A DNA stretch of 64,000 nt from positions 2,912,001 to 2,976,000 of the forward strand of contig CP182352.1 of the NCBI GenBank assembly GCA_048571215.1. Reading direction: 5' to 3'. The DNA is from Halarcobacter sp. (GTDB taxonomy: Bacteria; Campylobacterota; Campylobacteria; Campylobacterales; Arcobacteraceae). Position 1 is the first letter of the stretch. Every line of letters begins with the position of its first letter. The translations under genes were made by a program, and so were the position numbers. The notes below the pieces were generated by a model that saw only the letters and a list, made by a program, of their open reading frames with translations, had not been told where the DNA came from and ran no database searches. Positions 59,954 through 64,000 of this stretch are shown one piece after another.

Positions 59954-61366
59954 ATGGCAATTACAAGATTTGCTCCTAGCCCAACTGGTTATTTACATAT
60001 AGGTGGTTTAAGAACTGCTTTATATAGTTATTTATGGGCAAGAAAAACAAAAGGTGAGTTTAAACTAAGAGTTGAAGATACAGACACCCAAAGAAACAAT
60101 GAAAAAGCTATGGAAGCTATAATTGAAGCTTTTGAATGGGTTGGATTAAATTATGATGGTAAAGTTGAATACCAATCAAAAAGACTTGATATCTATAAAA
60201 AATATATAAATCAACTTTTAGATGAAGGTAAAGCATACCGTTGTTATATGAGTAAGGAAGAATTAAACGCTTTAAGAGAGAGCCAAATGGCAGCAAAACA
60301 AACTGCAAAATACGATGAAACATGGAGACCAGAAGAGGGAAAAACTCTTCCTGATATTCCAGAAGGTATTGAACCAGTTATTAGAATTAAAGCTCCCCAA
60401 GATGGAAAAATTACTTTTATCGACGGAATCAGATCTATAATGAATTTTGATTGTAGTGAAGTTGATGATTTTGTTATTGCAAGAAGTAATGGAATCCCAA
60501 CTTATAATTTTGTTGTAGCAATTGATGATGCCCTAATGGGAATTACTGATGTAATTAGAGGGGATGATCATCTTTCAAACACTCCAAAACAAATAGTAAT
60601 TTATGAAGCCTTAGGATTTGATGTACCAAAGTTTTACCATGTTCCAATGATAAATAATCCACAAGGAAAGAAACTATCAAAAAGAGATGGGGCTATGGAT
60701 GTAATGCAATATAAAAGAGATGGTTTTCTTCCAGAAGCATTATTAAACTTCTTAGTAAGACTTGGTTGGTCTAATAAAGACCAAGAGATATTCTCAATAG
60801 AAGAGATGCTAGAGTTATTTAATCCTGAAAATATCAATAAATCAGCATCTGCTTATAATCAAGAAAAACTATTATGGCTAAATTCACACTATATAAAAAA
60901 TGTTTCAAATGAAAGATTAGCAAAAGAGTTAAAGTTTTTTGATTGCAATTTAGAAGGACATGACAAAAAAGAGATTATCTTAGACTTATGTAAAGAGAGA
61001 GCCCAAACTTTAATTGAATTAAAAGAATCTATCAATAATATCTTAGATATCCCAACAGAATATGATAAAAAAGGTGTTAAAAAATTTATAAAAGAAGATA
61101 CAATCAAGATCTTAAAGTTTTATTTAAATACCCTTGAAGAACAAAAAAATACCCTAAGACTTAGTTGTGATTACGAAATAGTTACAAAGCCATTTATTGA
61201 ACAATTTGAATTAAAATTTCCTCAATTATTTCAGCCAATTAGAATCGCACTTACAGGAGGTACGCAAGCACCATCTGTATATGACATCATGGCAATTCTA
61301 GGTTTTGAAGAAGTTAAGACTAGAATAAATAGCGCAATTAATAAAAATTTTAATAAAGAAAGTTAA
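59954..61366 (+). CDS. gltX: Glutamate--tRNA ligase
   Basis: RFAPSPTG.LHIGG, IRGDDH, KLSKR. Confidence 0.96.
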   Translation: MAITRFAPSPTGYLHIGGLRTALYSYLWARKTKGEFKLRVEDTDTQRNNEKAMEAIIEAFEWVGLNYDGKVEYQSKRLDIYKKYINQLLDEGKAYRCYMSKEELNALRESQMAAKQTAKYDETWRPEEGKTLPDIPEGIEPVIRIKAPQDGKITFIDGIRSIMNFDCSEVDDFVIARSNGIPTYNFVVAIDDALMGITDVIRGDDHLSNTPKQIVIYEALGFDVPKFYHVPMINNPQGKKLSKRDGAMDVMQYKRDGFLPEALLNFLVRLGWSNKDQEIFSIEEMLELFNPENINKSASAYNQEKLLWLNSHYIKNVSNERLAKELKFFDCNLEGHDKKEIILDLCKERAQTLIELKESINNILDIPTEYDKKGVKKFIKEDTIKILKFYLNTLEEQKNTLRLSCDYEIVTKPFIEQFELKFPQLFQPIRIALTGGTQAPSVYDIMAILGFEEVKTRINSAINKNFNKES

Positions 61367-61432
61367 AATAAACTTGCTTATTATGAAATAATTAGGCATA
61401 ATGTTGTTACATATTATAAAGGAAGAAACGGA

Positions 61433-61699
61433 ATGAATATTTATGTTGGAAATCTATCATACAGAATGAATGATAGCGATTTAGAGGCAGTATTTGCTCA
61501 ATATGGTGAAGTTAAAAGTGCTAAAATAATAATGGATAGAGAAACTGGAAGATCAAAAGGTTTTGGATTCGTTGAAATGGAAACTTCATTAGGTGGTGAG
61601 AAAGCTATTGAAGCTTTAAATGGAAATGAACATGAAGGAAGAACTTTAAGAGTTAATGAAGCTAAACCTAGAGAGCCAAGACCAAGAAGATCTTACTAA
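61433..61699 (+). CDS. Single-RRM RNA-binding protein
   Basis: RNP2 IYVGNL, RNP1 KGFGFVEM. Confidence 0.95.
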   Translation: MNIYVGNLSYRMNDSDLEAVFAQYGEVKSAKIIMDRETGRSKGFGFVEMETSLGGEKAIEALNGNEHEGRTLRVNEAKPREPRPRRSY

Positions 61700-61713
61700 T
61701 TAAACATAATTTA

Positions 61714-61738
61714 TAAAAAAGGCTTTGCGCCTTTTTTA
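61714..61738. terminator. Bidirectional intrinsic terminator
   Basis: TAAAAAAGGC-TTTGC-GCCTTTTTTA. Confidence 0.8.
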
Positions 61739-64000
61739 ATGTTTTAATTCTCCCACATCAAACTCCCCTTTTTTTAATAAAATCAAAGAATAAAATATTG
61801 CTGGTATAATTATCAATGTTAGGAAAGCAGATGATATCATTCCTCCAATCATTGGTGCAGCTATCCTTTGCATAACTTCACTTCCAACCCCATCAATATA
61901 CATAATAGGAATAAGTCCACCAAGTATTGCAAATAGTGTCATAAGTTTAGGTCTAAGTCTTAAAACAGCTCCCTTATAAATTGCATGGAAAATATGGGAT
62001 TTATTTAGTTCTAAAGATTTTGATTTTAAATCAACCATTGCTTCATGAAGATACACAAGCATAACAATAGAGGTCTCAGCTGCAACCCCCAATAAAGCTA
62101 AAAAACCAACAATAACAGCAATAGATATATTAAAGTTTAAATACTCCAAATAAAATATTCCACCTGTTAAAGCAAAGGGCAGAGTAAAAAATATTATACA
62201 AGTATAAGTGATATTTTTTAGGGCAAAATAGATTAATATAAATATTATTACAAAAGTTAAAGGAATAATATATATCAATCTTTCCAGTGCTGATTCTAAG
62301 TATTCACTTTGTCCTGCCCATTCATAATAAAAGCCTGCAGGTAGCTTTAAATCTTTTAAAATATCTTTTGCCTTGTCTTTATACTCTTTTGCAGAAACTT
62401 CACTTTTAGGAGTGATATATATAAAGTTAACATTTAAAGCTTTTTCAGATTTTATAACTGAAGGACCTTCATTATATTCTAAGTGAGCAAAACTACTTAA
62501 AGGTTGAAATCCCAGCTTTGTTTTGATTTGAAGATTGCTTAAAGCTGTTATATCTTCCCTTTGAGACATATCATATCTAATAGAGATAGGATATCTTTCA
62601 AGACCTGTTAAAAAAGTATCTACCCTACTTCCAGCAACTGCTGTAGATATAGTTGATAAAATATCATTTTTTGAGATTCCATATCTTGAAATCATTTCAT
62701 CATCTATTTTAATATTTAGATAATACCCTGAGTTTATTTTATCTGTAGATACAGAAAGTGTTTTATCAAATTTTTTCAACTTTTGTTCTATTTTACCAGC
62801 TATCTCTTCTAACTTTTGATGATTGTTTCCATATAGTTTTATACCAAGTGGTGTTCTAATACCTGTCAAAAGCATATCAATTCTACCTCTGATAGGATAT
62901 GTCCAAGAGTTAATTAGTCCAGCAACCTTTAGTTTATGGTCCATCTCTTCCATAAGTTTTTTATAGGTCATCCCCTCACGCCATTGATTTTCTGGTTTAA
63001 AAGTAACTATAGTTTCAATCATAGCAAGGGGAGCTGGATCTGTTGCACTATCAGCTCTACCAGCTTTTCCAAATACAGTATCAACTTCAGGGAAAGATTT
63101 TAGTATTTTATCTGTCTTATGGGTTAATTCTTTTGCTAAATCAATACCAATTCCATATGAAGTTACAGGCATATACATAAAAGTTTGTTCATTCATCATT
63201 GGCATAAACTCCCAATTTAATTTTTTATAAACTGGATAAGCCGCAATCAAAGTTAATAAAAAAATACCTATTATTAAATATCTAACTCTTAATGCCCCTT
63301 TTAATAAAGGAGAATAAAGTTTTATGAAGAATTTATTTAATAAATTTTTCTCTTCTCTTAATATTTTTCCTCTAATAAAAAAGACCATTAAAATAGGAAC
63401 TAAGGTGATAGATAAAATAGCTCCAGAAACCATAGCAAAAGATTTTGTAAAAGCTAAAGGGGAAAACAATCTACCCTCTTGACCTGTTAAAGCAAAAATT
63501 GGCAAGAAAGATACAACAACAAGAATAAGAGCAAAAAATATTGGTCGCCCTACTTGCTTAGCTGACCTGATGATTATATCCACCCGCTCTTTATTTGAGA
63601 TGTTCTCTTTTCCTTGCAAATATTTGTGAGCATTTTCAACCATAACAATTGTGGCATCAACCATTGCTCCAATTGCAATAGCAATACCACCTAAACTCAT
63701 AATATTTGACCCCAAACCAAAAAATTTCATAAGTAAAAAAGTAAATAAGACTGTAATAGGTAAAGTAATGATTATAATCAAAGCACTTCTAAAGTGAAAT
63801 AAAAACAAAGAGCTTACAATCATAACGATAATAGACTCTTCTATCAAGGTATGTTTTAATGTGTAAATAGCTTTGTCAATTAAAGAGCTTCTATCATAGG
63901 TTTCAACAACTTCTACATCATCTACATTCAAAGTTTTTAGTTTCTCTTTAACCCTTTTGATTACTGCATATGGATTTTCTCCAAACCTAACAACCACTAT
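61736..64000 (-). CDS. cusA: CusA-type heavy-metal RND efflux permease, 5'-truncated by window edge
   Basis: NIMSLGGIAIAIGAMVDA, GRADSATDPAP, IDMLLTG, RLRPKLMT, MQRIAAPMIGG. Confidence 0.92.
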   Translation of the reverse strand: MVVVRFGENPYAVIKRVKEKLKTLNVDDVEVVETYDRSSLIDKAIYTLKHTLIEESIIVMIVSSLFLFHFRSALIIIITLPITVLFTFLLMKFFGLGSNIMSLGGIAIAIGAMVDATIVMVENAHKYLQGKENISNKERVDIIIRSAKQVGRPIFFALILVVVSFLPIFALTGQEGRLFSPLAFTKSFAMVSGAILSITLVPILMVFFIRGKILREEKNLLNKFFIKLYSPLLKGALRVRYLIIGIFLLTLIAAYPVYKKLNWEFMPMMNEQTFMYMPVTSYGIGIDLAKELTHKTDKILKSFPEVDTVFGKAGRADSATDPAPLAMIETIVTFKPENQWREGMTYKKLMEEMDHKLKVAGLINSWTYPIRGRIDMLLTGIRTPLGIKLYGNNHQKLEEIAGKIEQKLKKFDKTLSVSTDKINSGYYLNIKIDDEMISRYGISKNDILSTISTAVAGSRVDTFLTGLERYPISIRYDMSQREDITALSNLQIKTKLGFQPLSSFAHLEYNEGPSVIKSEKALNVNFIYITPKSEVSAKEYKDKAKDILKDLKLPAGFYYEWAGQSEYLESALERLIYIIPLTFVIIFILIYFALKNITYTCIIFFTLPFALTGGIFYLEYLNFNISIAVIVGFLALLGVAAETSIVMLVYLHEAMVDLKSKSLELNKSHIFHAIYKGAVLRLRPKLMTLFAILGGLIPIMYIDGVGSEVMQRIAAPMIGGMISSAFLTLIIIPAIFYSLILLKKGEFDVGELKH

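Noticed and set aside
61736..64000. cusA as part of the putative copper-binding RiPP system
   Set aside because: About 50 kb away; a shared copper theme is not evidence of linkage
1..64000. CRISPR array or rRNA genes
   Set aside because: No regularly spaced repeat-spacer array or rRNA-like sequence seen

Overview
Very AT-rich chromosomal window from a Campylobacterota bacterium, most likely Arcobacteraceae (inferred from gene content and order). Two parS sites suggest it lies near the replication origin. Most of it is housekeeping: rlmB-aminotransferase-hom, proA, trxA, gpsA, gatB, accBC, a DEAD-box helicase, rsmA-rnj-kdsD-pseudouridine synthase-rarA-hemJ-PIN/PhoH, hisF, rlmN, gltX, tRNA-Val(GAC) and a partial cusA. 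Several accessory blocks are inserted among these genes. (1) A RiPP cluster (yceI, a secreted Cys-rich precursor with three SCGxxKCG units, a DUF692/MNIO enzyme and a DUF2063 partner) sits divergent from a two-component system, with a candidate OmpR-type direct repeat in the shared promoter. This is the best candidate for an undescribed system. (2) A predicted HxlR/HypR thiol-stress regulon has a conserved box upstream of three promoters; one target is a frameshifted unknown gene. (3) A lactate utilisation island (lutABC, two-component system, TRAP transporter, D-lactate dehydrogenase) has a shared promoter motif. (4) An anchorless fumarate-reductase-like pair lacks the covalent-FAD His; it is preceded by a Phd-like gene and a 750-bp ultra-AT-rich gap. 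(5) An IS256 element has terminal inverted repeats, an 8-bp target duplication and a frameshifted transposase. All calls come from reading the sequence and recognising motifs; no searches were run.
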